Below are positions 29,139 through 39,875 of a stretch of 64,000 bases of DNA, piece by piece. The notes below the pieces were generated by a model. That model saw only the letters and a program-made list of their open reading frames with translations, had not been told where the DNA came from and searched no databases. Made by a program: the position numbers and the translations under genes. The stretch comes from Promethearchaeota archaeon (GTDB lineage Archaea; Asgardarchaeota; Lokiarchaeia; Sigyniarchaeales; SOKP01), in assembly GCA_030599585.1 (NCBI GenBank), contig JAUVNS010000004.1:128001-192000 (forward strand), written 5' to 3'. The first letter of the stretch is position 1. Each line of letters starts with the position of its first letter.

Positions 29139-30875
29139 ATGGAGAGTCTAGTAGACAAGAAAGATTTGCGGTTCTATAAAAGAATGATAATATTTATCAT
29201 TCTGTTAGTAATTTCTCTTTCCTATTTAGCTTATGATAGATCCGTAAGTTATACTAAATATGAAAGGATCGACTTTCAATCTTCAGACGCGATTTTGTAT
29301 GCCAATTTATATTTTCCATCCAAGAGTTTGGAATTTCAAGAAAAAAGACCTTTATTAATTTATTGCCACGGAATTGGTAGTCAAAGAGATTTTGATTTAA
29401 GGATTCCAATCGAGTTTTCTAAAAGGGGTTTTTATGTAGCGGCTTTGGATTACCAAGGCCACGGAGAGAGCGGTGGAAATATCTTAGATGTTGATCCAAT
29501 CACTGATAAACCTGCTCTTGCTCAAGACTGTTCAAACCTTTTAGATAAACTTGAGACATTATCTTTTTATTCAAATGTAAATACTTCTCAGATTGGCTTG
29601 ATTGGACATTCTTTAGGAGGATTTGTGGTTCTTATGAATCAAGCGTTAGATCCTCGATTCAATATTACAGTTGCTTGGGCTCCTTTAGTCAATTTTGATC
29701 CCAACCATATCCGTGTCATTCAACCAGGATACGAACAATACATCCCTGCTAATCTTCTTAATAAAACTAACACTAATAATTTGTTGGTTATAATGCATGT
29801 TGACGACGAGGTATTAGATTACGCAGACCAAGCATTAGTTGCTCAAAATTTAACTGATTGTGCAGTAATTCCTATAACGGGACCACTGTTTGGAGGTGGT
29901 CACCAATTATTCTCGGATGTTGTTATTGTCGAATCAATCAAATGGTTTGAATTAAATTTTTTTAAATCAATTTCAATTAACGGACCTATTAACATAACCT
30001 TTATTGTAAATTACATTGTGCTATTTATCACTCTAATTTTACTAGTGTTCATCGTACTTTCTTTAATTTCTTACACCTCCCAATTTATTCCATATAAAAA
30101 GGAAAGCCCTCCTATCGAAATCGTTAGAAAGGTAACGACATTATCAAAGATTAAAGACAAAGCGATAACAACTAAACAAATCTTAAAAATTGTGCTCTAT
30201 ACAACTATTTTTCTTCTTAATTGGGAGATTTTTGAAAGAGTTTTTGGCTTAGTAGGTATTTTTTTAGCTTCGCTTAATATTACAGTAATATATTTTACTG
30301 TGAAGATAATACTCTACTTGCGAAAATTAAAGGAAGATGAAGTGAAATTTGATCTAAACCAGATTAAAATTTTACTCAAATCAGAGTTCCAGTTAAAATA
30401 TGTATTATACGTAATTCTGTGTAATTTCTATTTTATTGTAATATATCTAATCTTCAGCTATTTCTATCCATTTGCATTTATGTGGCCTTCCAATTTTTTT
30501 AACACAGTTCTAGCTGCTGGTGTCTCCTTTCCTGTATATTTCTCTCTTGAACTTTTGTATAGAAAAGCTATATATCCACAACTTAGATTCTTAAAAGAGG
30601 AACGCAAAAAAACAAGGTGGATGGTAATTATAGTTGTGCTCGTAAATATCAATTTGATGACACTAACATGGACTTGGGCATTCTTCCCCTCTGTTTTATT
30701 TATGTACTTAATATTCCTATATGCAACTATTCAGAATACATTAATTTATGAAAATACTCAACGATTTAGCACTGTAATAATAAGCTCCTTTGCTTTAATT
30801 CAGATTTTCTTCGCTGCCGTAGTCTCTAACGCGTTAGGTATTGGTTCTGCATTACAGTTATTTGTTCAACTATAA
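29139..30875 (+). CDS. Membrane-anchored alpha/beta hydrolase with C-terminal multi-TM domain
   Basis: HGIG, DYQGHGESGG, GHSLGG nucleophile elbow, DDEV, GGHQ; hydrophobic C-terminal half. Confidence 0.85.
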   Translation: MESLVDKKDLRFYKRMIIFIILLVISLSYLAYDRSVSYTKYERIDFQSSDAILYANLYFPSKSLEFQEKRPLLIYCHGIGSQRDFDLRIPIEFSKRGFYVAALDYQGHGESGGNILDVDPITDKPALAQDCSNLLDKLETLSFYSNVNTSQIGLIGHSLGGFVVLMNQALDPRFNITVAWAPLVNFDPNHIRVIQPGYEQYIPANLLNKTNTNNLLVIMHVDDEVLDYADQALVAQNLTDCAVIPITGPLFGGGHQLFSDVVIVESIKWFELNFFKSISINGPINITFIVNYIVLFITLILLVFIVLSLISYTSQFIPYKKESPPIEIVRKVTTLSKIKDKAITTKQILKIVLYTTIFLLNWEIFERVFGLVGIFLASLNITVIYFTVKIILYLRKLKEDEVKFDLNQIKILLKSEFQLKYVLYVILCNFYFIVIYLIFSYFYPFAFMWPSNFFNTVLAAGVSFPVYFSLELLYRKAIYPQLRFLKEERKKTRWMVIIVVLVNINLMTLTWTWAFFPSVLFMYLIFLYATIQNTLIYENTQRFSTVIISSFALIQIFFAAVVSNALGIGSALQLFVQL

Positions 30876-31018
30876 AGAAGTAAAAATTAAATTTATGTTT
30901 TTTTTTCATTTGGGTTTCATTACCAAATCCTTAATTAAGTATTAGTAATTACTATAAAACAATTTTTATACAATTTTAAAATAAATATTCTATAAACCTT
31001 TTTACAACGGATTTCAAA

Positions 31019-32263
31019 ATGTCTGTGAAAGAACAATCCAATGGTTTATCTACAAAAAAGAGAAGACTTATATTCGGGGTTTCAATTCCTGTTTTCTTAA
31101 TGGGATTAGTATCCTTATTTACCGATATTTCTAGCGAAAGTATTCAAAGTATTTTACCATTGTTCATACTTGACATTGGGGGAAGCGTTCTGGCACTCGG
31201 AATAATCTCCGGAATTACCAATGCTATAGCAAATATCCTCAAAGGGATAACTGGATGGATGAGCGATAAAATTAACAAAAGAAAACCCTTTATAGTAGCA
31301 GGATATACATTGTCAAATCTTTCAAAACCAATAATTGGCTTGAGCCCCTCATGGGAAATGGTATTAGGTCTTAAAACAACAGATCGTATAGGTAAAGGTC
31401 TAAGAACTTCTTCGCGAGATGCTTTGATTTCTTATTACGCTGAGAAAAAAGGAAGAGCATTTGGCTTACATCGTGCTATGGATACTTTAGGTGCGGTTTT
31501 CGGATCTCTACTAGCTTTTATCCTTTTGTATTTTGCATGGACTTACTCGCAAATAATATTTTTCTCGATAATTCCTGGATTAATTGCTATTGCTCTTATT
31601 CTTCCCGTTAAGGATATTTCTTCCCGTGAATTAGTTAAAAAGTCAGAAAAGAAAAGCAAAAAAGAAAAAATGGAAAAGATAGATAAAAATTTTATAAAGC
31701 TAATTGTTATTCTAGGAGTAATTGAATTCGCAAGTTTAGATGTTGTGTTTTTAATACTTAGGGCGGCAGATTATATTCCCATAGACTTAATTTTTCTTAT
31801 ACCCATCTTTTATTTAATCCTAAACTTGGTCTATACCATTTTTTCCCCTATAAACGGTTCTCTCTCTGATAAGATTGGAAGAAAACCTATAATTGTTGTG
31901 GGATTGTCGATATTGCTAATATCATGTGTAATATTAGCGTTCCCCATTCAAGTTTCGCCATTTTCAATAGTGTTAATTATTATAATTTATATCATGCACG
32001 GTTTTTATCTTGCTTCAGTAGATCCGATTTCAAGAGCATATATCGCAGATTTAGCAGGTAAAGAAAAAAGGGGACGTGCCTATGGATACTATTATTTTTC
32101 GGTCGGATTTATAAGCATGGTGGAAGCCTTAGTTTTTGGATATATCTATAGTGTGTTTTCGTATACTTGGGCGTTTATTTATATATCAATCTTATTGGCT
32201 GTATGTATTATTATTTTTGCGATTACTGACTTTTCTAAAATAATAAAAAAAGCTGAAAAATAA
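31019..32263 (+). CDS. MFS transporter
   Basis: 12 TM; GWMSDKINKRK and GSLSDKIGRKP motif A; GRAFGLHRAMDTLGA. Confidence 0.93.
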   Translation: MSVKEQSNGLSTKKRRLIFGVSIPVFLMGLVSLFTDISSESIQSILPLFILDIGGSVLALGIISGITNAIANILKGITGWMSDKINKRKPFIVAGYTLSNLSKPIIGLSPSWEMVLGLKTTDRIGKGLRTSSRDALISYYAEKKGRAFGLHRAMDTLGAVFGSLLAFILLYFAWTYSQIIFFSIIPGLIAIALILPVKDISSRELVKKSEKKSKKEKMEKIDKNFIKLIVILGVIEFASLDVVFLILRAADYIPIDLIFLIPIFYLILNLVYTIFSPINGSLSDKIGRKPIIVVGLSILLISCVILAFPIQVSPFSIVLIIIIYIMHGFYLASVDPISRAYIADLAGKEKRGRAYGYYYFSVGFISMVEALVFGYIYSVFSYTWAFIYISILLAVCIIIFAITDFSKIIKKAEK

Positions 32264-32288
32264 ACTTAATTTTTCTCTTAAATTGTAT

Positions 32289-33545
32289 TTAGGCAGATAT
32301 CCATAATTCTGCTAAATAGATTAAAACTTCTGAAGCTTTCTGCAATGCAAGCGTTGGAATATGTTCTTTCCTTGAGTGAAAAAGTAATCCTCCAGAGAAA
32401 ATATTAGGGGTGGGTATCCCCATTTCGCTTAATTTAGAACCATCTGTCCCTCCCCGAATCGCATGAATTTTAATATCCAGTCCAGCCATCTCTATCGCCT
32501 TCTTTCCCAAATCCACAACTTGTTGTTTATTTTCAATAAAACGAAGCATGTTCTTGTATTGATGTAGAAATTCTATGTTAACCTTTAAACCAGAATATCG
32601 ATGTTCGTACAGCTCTCCTAATTTTCTTAGGTATTCCATTCTCTTTTGATTATTTTTTTCCTTGTAATCCCTAATTATTAGTATCGCATTTGCTTCTTCT
32701 ACATTCCCTTTTAATTCAGATAAATAATAAAAACCTTCTCTTTCTTCTGTGTGTTCTGGTGACTCATAATCAGGTATGTCACTGAGATATCGACTTGCTA
32801 TGTGAATTGCATTAATTAGAAGGTTTTTGGCGTAGCCAGGATGTACACTAAGTCCCGTAAATTTTATTTTTGCTTTCCACGCATCAAAGCATTCAAATTC
32901 TAATTCTCCCATTTCTGAGCCATCTAATGTATAACAGAAATCAGGTAACCTTTCTTTGTTTATTTTCAAAGTTCCTCTCCCAATTTCTTCATCAGGCGTA
33001 AAACATATTATAATAGGACCGTGTTTTAATTCCGAAAATTTATTCCAAGCCGCACAAGTAGCCATAATTTCTGCGATTCCAGCTTTATCATCCGCGCCTA
33101 GCAAAGTATCTCCTTCAGATGTAACTATATCCAACCCAATATACCCCGTTAATTTTGGAGAATCTTCCGTTGTGAGCTTAATATCTGGATTACTTGCAAA
33201 TTCTATTGCACTACCGTCATAATTTTTGTGAATGACAGGTTTTACATTTTTCCCGCTAACTGCTGGTGATGTATCCATATGAGCTATATAACCAATTGGT
33301 TTAACCTCTTCCAAGCCAACACTTGCATGTAAATTACCGTACACATAACCATACTCATCGTGTACTACATTTTTTAAGTTCAAATCCACTAATTCTGATG
33401 CTAAAATTTTTCCTAATGCTAATTGATTTTGCGTTGATGGGTTTGAGTTTGAATGCTCATCTGATGTAGTCCATACTTGAACATACCTAAGAAACCTATT
33501 TAATGCTTCTTTGTGTAAAAATTCTTTTATTTCTTCAGATAACAT
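32289..33545 (-). CDS. pepT: Peptidase T (M20 tripeptidase)
   Basis: AHMDTSP, LLGADDKAG, FTPDEEIGRG, SVHPGYAK, IRGGTDG, FHSRKE. Confidence 0.96.
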   Translation of the reverse strand: MLSEEIKEFLHKEALNRFLRYVQVWTTSDEHSNSNPSTQNQLALGKILASELVDLNLKNVVHDEYGYVYGNLHASVGLEEVKPIGYIAHMDTSPAVSGKNVKPVIHKNYDGSAIEFASNPDIKLTTEDSPKLTGYIGLDIVTSEGDTLLGADDKAGIAEIMATCAAWNKFSELKHGPIIICFTPDEEIGRGTLKINKERLPDFCYTLDGSEMGELEFECFDAWKAKIKFTGLSVHPGYAKNLLINAIHIASRYLSDIPDYESPEHTEEREGFYYLSELKGNVEEANAILIIRDYKEKNNQKRMEYLRKLGELYEHRYSGLKVNIEFLHQYKNMLRFIENKQQVVDLGKKAIEMAGLDIKIHAIRGGTDGSKLSEMGIPTPNIFSGGLLFHSRKEHIPTLALQKASEVLIYLAELWISA

Positions 33546-33610
33546 ATTAATCCCGTCTTATATAGTAATAATACCTTTTAGAATTATTTTTAATATTATA
33601 ACTTATTTAT

Positions 33611-34408
33611 TCATTTTCCCTTAAATTTCGGCTCTCTTTTCTGTTTAAATGACTTCATACCTTCACCAAAATCGTACGAAGCAATGTTTTTACAATACAA
33701 CCTAAACTCGTGGTTCAAAGAAGAAGGTAGTTCGTTATACTGAGAAAAATTCAGCATATTTTTATTGTAACCTAAACATTTAGTAGGCAGGCTTGTTATT
33801 GATTGTATAAATTCTCTAGATTTTGCCCTAAATTCTGAAAAGGGATAAACTCTGTTGACTAAGCCAATTTTTTCTGCTTCAAATGCATCGAGTTGGCGTC
33901 CGGTTAAAATTATTTCTGTTGCTCGAGCGAAACCTATTAACCTAGGGAGTAACCAACTTGCTCCGCTCATTACGCAATGAGCCCGTTTAACTCTTTGATC
34001 TCCAATTTTCAAATTATCTGCCGCTATGCGGAAATCACAAGATAAAGCCAATTCAAACCCTGCCCCAAGACAATAACCTTTTAATAGTGCGATAACTGGT
34101 TTTTGAACTTCTCTAATTAATTGAATTACTCTGTGATGTGGGAGTTTTGAACCGTCATCTAAAGGTTTAAACTTCACCCCTTCAGGACCCATACTCTTCA
34201 AATCGTCCCCAGAACTAAAAGATTGATTATTACCCTCAATAACAAAAGCACGAATCAATTTATTCTTAAAATTTGCTTCCAATATATCTATAACTTCCAT
34301 CATTAACGGATAATTTAAAGCATTTAGTCGTTTTGGGCGATTTAAAGTTATAGTACCAATTCCTTCCTCGATTTTAAAAATGACATTTTCAAATTCTTGT
34401 TGTCCCAT
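33611..34408 (-). CDS. Enoyl-CoA hydratase/isomerase (crotonase) family protein
   Basis: ITLNRPKRLNAL, FSSGDDL, GYCLGAGFELALSCDFRIA, KREPKFKG. Confidence 0.92.
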   Translation of the reverse strand: MGQQEFENVIFKIEEGIGTITLNRPKRLNALNYPLMMEVIDILEANFKNKLIRAFVIEGNNQSFSSGDDLKSMGPEGVKFKPLDDGSKLPHHRVIQLIREVQKPVIALLKGYCLGAGFELALSCDFRIAADNLKIGDQRVKRAHCVMSGASWLLPRLIGFARATEIILTGRQLDAFEAEKIGLVNRVYPFSEFRAKSREFIQSITSLPTKCLGYNKNMLNFSQYNELPSSLNHEFRLYCKNIASYDFGEGMKSFKQKREPKFKGK

Positions 34409-34553
34409 AATTACTACATCTTTGAAAACAGTTTCAAACTAATTTATGTTTAAAATAATTTGTATTTTATAACTATAAATATCATTCCATCTGCTTAAAA
34501 ATCTTAAAACCTCAATAATCTTAAAAAAAAAAGAAGGAACTTAGTATAATTGG

Positions 34554-35156
34554 TTACCAAATTTCAAATACAGCGTCTAACTTAGTCACAAAAACGATTA
34601 AATAAGGAATTAATAGGTCCCAAACGCTAGTTAGAGCATTTAGGAGGATTACCATTACTATCCAGTATTCTAAACCCGAAGCACCATAAAAACTTAGGAA
34701 GACCCATATATTGAGAATAAGCATTACGCCTATCCTAAAACCTGTACCAAACAAACCATAAATGACGTAATTCTTAACTTTTTTCAATGATTGGCTTTTT
34801 CGAATGCCCTCTTTACGTTTAGTTAAACTAAGTAGTAAAATGGGAATTATTATTAACGAAAATGTAGCTGAAAATTTCATTAATGGTCCAATTGGAGCAA
34901 ATGGATCAAAGGGCATTAGAATTACTGACCCTATTCCGCAACATAATACTCCAGCTAAGGGGCCAAATATTAGGAAACATGTTACCCAGACGATTGATAC
35001 GGGGTCAAAGTAAGCAAATCCTTCTGGAGTTCGTGGTAAGTATGGAACGACAAAAAGCGACAATATTAGGGAAAGAGCGCTGAATAATGCTGCTCCTGAA
35101 ATTTGTAAAACGAATTGAGACGATTTTGACATATGAGATTCTTTTTCTTCTGACAT
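34554..35156 (-). CDS. ECF transporter S-component-like membrane protein
   Basis: AALFSALSLIL...YFDPVSI...FGPLAG...PIGPLMKF pattern, about 6 TM. Confidence 0.7.
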   Translation of the reverse strand: MSEEKESHMSKSSQFVLQISGAALFSALSLILSLFVVPYLPRTPEGFAYFDPVSIVWVTCFLIFGPLAGVLCCGIGSVILMPFDPFAPIGPLMKFSATFSLIIIPILLLSLTKRKEGIRKSQSLKKVKNYVIYGLFGTGFRIGVMLILNIWVFLSFYGASGLEYWIVMVILLNALTSVWDLLIPYLIVFVTKLDAVFEIW

Positions 35157-35421
35157 CTGCTTGCTTGTTTATTATTAATTCAAATAGTTATTATTGAAAA
35201 AGTAAATATAAAATTAAATTTAAACAAATGGTTAAATGTCTTTCTTCTTATCGTGAGATTCACTTCCAAATTGGAATAAAACTAACTCGTTCTCCAAGAA
35301 ATATGAATTTTAATTCTTGGAATTATATGATTACTTTAGTATCCTTAATATAATGAGTTAATAATTCCATTTACTTATAGTATAGATCTACTCACAAATG
35401 GAGAGTACCCAATTATCAATT

Positions 35422-36792
35422 TTATTTCAATAGTTTTTTCTCGTTCGCATCAAATTCAAACCAATCGCTTAATTCCTTCAGTTGTTTTCTTGAAGTTCCG
35501 CTTAATGTTTTTAGAAAAGGAATAAAATCTTGAACAGCTTCAATATCTGATACTTTGTACTTTTTTTGAATTTTTTCTACTACTAACCTTTCGGTTGCTG
35601 ATAATGAAAAAAAACCAGTTGAAGTGAATCTTGGAAACGAAATTCTATGGAAGTATTCATCTTGAGTTTTATGTTTTCTAGATAGAACAACACCTCCAGC
35701 AAAAAGATCGTAGAAATATGGTAATAACGACCAATATTGATTCTTGCGGATTCTTCCAAAAATCTCGTCAGCCAACGATAAATTTTCATAAGCGTTTGCG
35801 ATTTCACTGTTTATTCTTATATAAGAAGTTAGGTTTTCGTTAACCCACTTATACAAAAAATTGTAATCTACATCTGATTTATTGGTTACATTTCGAGCTT
35901 CCTTTAATGTATTTACATTTTGAAACAAGTTCTTGATCAGAGAAAAGATTTCTTCCGTACTATCTCTGTTCAAATTTAAAATTAGCTCTTTATTGTTTTT
36001 ATTTAAGGAGCCTTGGCTAATTCCTTGTAAATCGTTAATAACCCCTCGTAAGTCTCCTCTGTTTTTTTTGATAATTAATTCTAATTCTTTTTCGCTTATA
36101 CCCGAAATATGTTCTTTGACGATTATCTTTCGGGTAATCTTCATTACTTCCTCATCCGATAATAAATTTACTTCATATCTTCTTATTTTTTTGTAAAGCG
36201 ATTGAAGATTTTGTTTGTATTTATTGGAACACATTATAATTGGAAATTGAGTGTTTTCAATTAGGTTTAATATCGTAGGGACGGCTCCTCTATCAGTAAC
36301 TCCATATAATCCATCAATTTCGTCAATTAAAATTAATTTCTTCTTGCTTTGAACCACAAAATCCATAATTCCACGAGATTTAGTGGTTTCTCTCAATTTA
36401 GCCTCTAAAGCTCCTTTAGTTCGAGTATCTGAAGCGTTCGTTTCTATTACATCCATATTTAAATCGTTAGCCAAAGCATACGCTATAGTTGTTTTACCAA
36501 TTCCTGGAGGCCCCTCAAGTAAAACTGCGGCTTTATCAAGAGGCAGCTTCTTCTCGTCTTTATGCTCTTTCTCTTCGTGGGTTCGATTGTGTGTTCTAAT
36601 TTGTCGGTTTATCTCATTAATTTTTTCTTTTTCTTTAAAAAATGAGATCACAAATTTTCTTAAATCCTCAATTAGATCGACTTTCTGACGACCCACTTTT
36701 GCCGTTGGAAATGCCATATCTTTGGTGAATTTGGGCCTGTATTTTTCTACCCATGGTATTTTCTCTGTATTTTTTGTATCCATATAACTCAC
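35422..36792 (-). CDS. rfcL: Replication factor C large subunit
   Basis: PWVEKYRP, GPPGIGKT, ETNASDTR, LIDEIDG, GDLRGVINDLQ, WVNEN, LSLADEIFGRI. Confidence 0.93.
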   Translation of the reverse strand: MSYMDTKNTEKIPWVEKYRPKFTKDMAFPTAKVGRQKVDLIEDLRKFVISFFKEKEKINEINRQIRTHNRTHEEKEHKDEKKLPLDKAAVLLEGPPGIGKTTIAYALANDLNMDVIETNASDTRTKGALEAKLRETTKSRGIMDFVVQSKKKLILIDEIDGLYGVTDRGAVPTILNLIENTQFPIIMCSNKYKQNLQSLYKKIRRYEVNLLSDEEVMKITRKIIVKEHISGISEKELELIIKKNRGDLRGVINDLQGISQGSLNKNNKELILNLNRDSTEEIFSLIKNLFQNVNTLKEARNVTNKSDVDYNFLYKWVNENLTSYIRINSEIANAYENLSLADEIFGRIRKNQYWSLLPYFYDLFAGGVVLSRKHKTQDEYFHRISFPRFTSTGFFSLSATERLVVEKIQKKYKVSDIEAVQDFIPFLKTLSGTSRKQLKELSDWFEFDANEKKLLK

Positions 36793-37839
36793 CTATATTA
36801 CTTCTGAAAATTGACAGATTTTTGCCAACAAATGTGAAATCTGAATGTCAGTATCCCTCCCGTCAATAGCTCTAAAATCTGCCTCAGCTATAAAATTTAT
36901 CAATTTGATTCTTGAGTACGTGCTAAATGGTAGTTTCGCTACCTCAGTTAACATTATTTGAAACATTTCCTGTGAAGAAAATTTATAACTGGATTGAATT
37001 TTACGCGATAATTCTCTAGCTTTGCGAAAATCTCCTTTAAAACACATTATTAGAAGACTTTTTATCATATCATTTTTAGGATTTGACAAATTCTCATACA
37101 ATTTGTCAGCATTAATATCATTTCCACTGATGGAACAAATTTGTAATAAATCTATAGCATTTGATAATTTGCCTGCTGTTATTTTATAAAGAGTTCTAAT
37201 TGTTTCTTTATCGATTTTTAACATTTCTTTCTCGGCTATAGTTGATATTAGTTCCTCAAACGAATGGAAGTCAACTTGAGATATAAAGAAAATTTGACAT
37301 CTACTCATTATAGGATCTATTATCTTTGACACCCTCGTTGTGGTCAAAATCATTCTACAATTCGTTCCATAAATTTCCATTAATCTACGAAATGCTTGCT
37401 GATTCGAACCTAATGAGTCGAAATCTTTTACGATTAAAATTTTGAAGGGGACATCACCTAAAACTTTTAACTGTATGAAAGGTTTAATCTTAATCCGAAT
37501 TAAAGCTGGAGTCGTAATTTTTTTCCCTGCAATGCTTCCTATTTTGCTTTTGGACACATATGCTTCAGATCGAGCCCGTTTCGTCTCTTCGCTTGTTAAA
37601 GGAACATTAGCGTATACTATTTTTGAATTAGCGTCGTAAAATCTCCCCAAGAATTCTTTCGAAAACAAATCTGCTATAATGGTCTTACCAATACCCTTTG
37701 AACCTACAAATAGTAAGTGAGGAAAATTCCTATCGTTAGCAAACTCCTTTAACCTTTCCTTGACGTCTTTTTGTCCACAAATCTCGTTTAAGGTTTTAGG
37801 TAGATATTTTATACGCCAGACAGGACTTTCTGAAAGCAA
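36793..37839 (-). CDS. rfcS: Replication factor C small subunit paralog 2 (degenerate Walker B)
   Basis: WRIKYLP, GSKGIGKT, IVKDFD in place of DEAD, QQAFRRLME, SRC arginine finger, AEADFR. Confidence 0.85.
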   Translation of the reverse strand: MLSESPVWRIKYLPKTLNEICGQKDVKERLKEFANDRNFPHLLFVGSKGIGKTIIADLFSKEFLGRFYDANSKIVYANVPLTSEETKRARSEAYVSKSKIGSIAGKKITTPALIRIKIKPFIQLKVLGDVPFKILIVKDFDSLGSNQQAFRRLMEIYGTNCRMILTTTRVSKIIDPIMSRCQIFFISQVDFHSFEELISTIAEKEMLKIDKETIRTLYKITAGKLSNAIDLLQICSISGNDINADKLYENLSNPKNDMIKSLLIMCFKGDFRKARELSRKIQSSYKFSSQEMFQIMLTEVAKLPFSTYSRIKLINFIAEADFRAIDGRDTDIQISHLLAKICQFSEVI

Positions 37840-37861
37840 ACTCTTCTCATCCTCGTTTAAA

Positions 37862-38860
37862 CTATTTTTTTTTTTTGATACTACTTTTTATCAGATGACC
37901 TATCAACGACATTAATTGGATTCTTTCATCTGCTCCCTGACTTATTCTATAGTCAACATCTCCAAAGTACGATAATGTCTTATTTAGATGTCCTGGTTTA
38001 ATATCAAGTTCATTTAATCTTCCAACTATTTGTCTTAAAAAATTCCTCGCATCCAAGTTTTCAACTGTTTCTAGCGTGTCTCTCGAACTAATCAGGTTTT
38101 TAGATTTAATGTTTTTCAATAATTCGTTTAAAGTTGAATTGTCTAAAAACCCCGAAACTTTTAATATTTCGTTAGTATCTAGATTTTTTAATAATTTTAA
38201 AGCAACTGACATCTGCAAAGTGTTAATTGCTTTTCGTAAATCGCCACCTGATATAAAAAATAGAGTCTCATAAAAAGCGTTTTCCTGTGTTTGAGGGATG
38301 TTAAGATTCTCTTTTTTTGAGATAAATCTTAAACGTTCTATAACTTTATCCTTAGATAGGTTGGTAAATCTAAATACTGCGCATCTCGATATAATAGGAT
38401 CAATAATTCTATTAATATAATTGCACATTAATATAAATTTAACATTTAAAGATGCTTTCTCAATAATTCGTCGTAATGCTTGCTGAACTTGATTCGGGAT
38501 ATTATCCGCTTCGTCTAAAATAATCAATTTCAATGCGCTTTTCTCAAGGTTCAAATTCTGTGAGACAAAATTTTTTATAACGCTTCGAACATAGTCCATT
38601 CTCACTGTATCTGAAGCATTTAATTCTAAAACATTTGAGAAATAACTTTCCTTTTTGATTACATGTTTTGCAATTATTAAGGCTGTGCTCGTTTTGCCTG
38701 TACCGGCGGGACCTGCAAAAATCATATGGGGCATATTCCCCTTTGACACTAACTCCTTTAAGTTTTCGATAGCAAGATTTTGACTAACAATTTCATCAAA
38801 CGAATTAGGTCTGTATTTTTCAACCCAAGGAATTTCTAAATCGATCAAAACACTACTCAA
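37862..38860 (-). CDS. rfcS: Replication factor C small subunit paralog 1 (canonical)
   Basis: PWVEKYRP, GPAGTGKT, ELNASD, ILDEAD, QALRRIIE, SRC, GDLRKAIN. Confidence 0.95.
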   Translation of the reverse strand: MSSVLIDLEIPWVEKYRPNSFDEIVSQNLAIENLKELVSKGNMPHMIFAGPAGTGKTSTALIIAKHVIKKESYFSNVLELNASDTVRMDYVRSVIKNFVSQNLNLEKSALKLIILDEADNIPNQVQQALRRIIEKASLNVKFILMCNYINRIIDPIISRCAVFRFTNLSKDKVIERLRFISKKENLNIPQTQENAFYETLFFISGGDLRKAINTLQMSVALKLLKNLDTNEILKVSGFLDNSTLNELLKNIKSKNLISSRDTLETVENLDARNFLRQIVGRLNELDIKPGHLNKTLSYFGDVDYRISQGADERIQLMSLIGHLIKSSIKKKK

Positions 38861-38876
38861 TCTTCAATTTATGTTT

Positions 38877-39353
38877 TTAATCATCAAGGTTTTCTTTAGA
38901 TATATCGAGTTCTAACACTTCATAGACTCTCTTAAAATTCATCTTTGCGTAAAGATTGGCCGCTTCTTTTGCTTTTTCTTTGATATTTACTTTAATTTTT
39001 TCCACTTTTATCTTTTGTAAGTGTTCAATAGCTTTTTTAACCAGCAATTCACCTATGCCCTGCCCTCGATATTCTTCCATTAGAAATACTTGCTTAATGT
39101 ATCCCTCAGATGTGCCAAATGGGTCAATTCTCAACTCTGCGATTATCATACCGACGACTTCATTGTCTTTATCCTCATCTATCGCTATTAATATCCCGTG
39201 TCGCTGTAACGGGTCATAAATACGTCTTCGAATTCCCCAATCAAATCTTTTCATATCGAACGCATCGCCAAATCTCGATATTAATAATTTCATCAATTTT
39301 TCTAGCGAATCAATCTGATCTGGTGTAGCATTTTCAATTCTGATATTATTCAT
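38877..39353 (-). CDS. GNAT-family N-acetyltransferase
   Basis: GYIKQVFLMEEYRGQGIGELL motif A; AANLYAKMNF motif B. Confidence 0.92.
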   Translation of the reverse strand: MNNIRIENATPDQIDSLEKLMKLLISRFGDAFDMKRFDWGIRRRIYDPLQRHGILIAIDEDKDNEVVGMIIAELRIDPFGTSEGYIKQVFLMEEYRGQGIGELLVKKAIEHLQKIKVEKIKVNIKEKAKEAANLYAKMNFKRVYEVLELDISKENLDD

Positions 39354-39452
39354 ATAAAATCAACTAAAAAAAGTCTAATAATAAATTATAAATTAATTTC
39401 TCAAAATTTATATTTTCTTGATTAACAAATAACAAATTAACTAGTTAAAAAT

Positions 39453-39734
39453 TTAACGAGCTGAGACTCCATCCCATGCTTTGACTTCTGGGTCTTCATA
39501 GCCGCAGACGGCGCATTTCTGATTTACTTCCCACGCTTCTAAAGCGGGATGTACCCGCGTAAAAAGTGATCCACACTGACTACATACAAGATATTTAGCT
39601 CCACAACCATCGCACATTTTTAACTGACCTTTTTCAACGAATCGAAATGTCCTCGACATCCAGTCGTCGTTAACTAATCGAAAAGTCTCTCCACCACATT
39701 GGATACAATGTTTACCATCAAATTCTTCTCCCAT
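39453..39734 (-). CDS. Small double zinc-ribbon protein (four CxxC)
   Basis: CIQC, CDGC, CSQC, CAVC; GTGA RBS. Confidence 0.8.
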   Translation of the reverse strand: MGEEFDGKHCIQCGGETFRLVNDDWMSRTFRFVEKGQLKMCDGCGAKYLVCSQCGSLFTRVHPALEAWEVNQKCAVCGYEDPEVKAWDGVSAR

Positions 39735-39875
39735 ATAATCACTTCAAATGTTTTTTAAGAATTTTAACTTCAAATATTTTAAATAATAAATAGACTGAAT
39801 ATTTAAAAAAATAAAGTATTCCACATTTAAAATTGCTTCGAAAATGATTTAAAAAAAAGAAAGGAACCAACAAAT

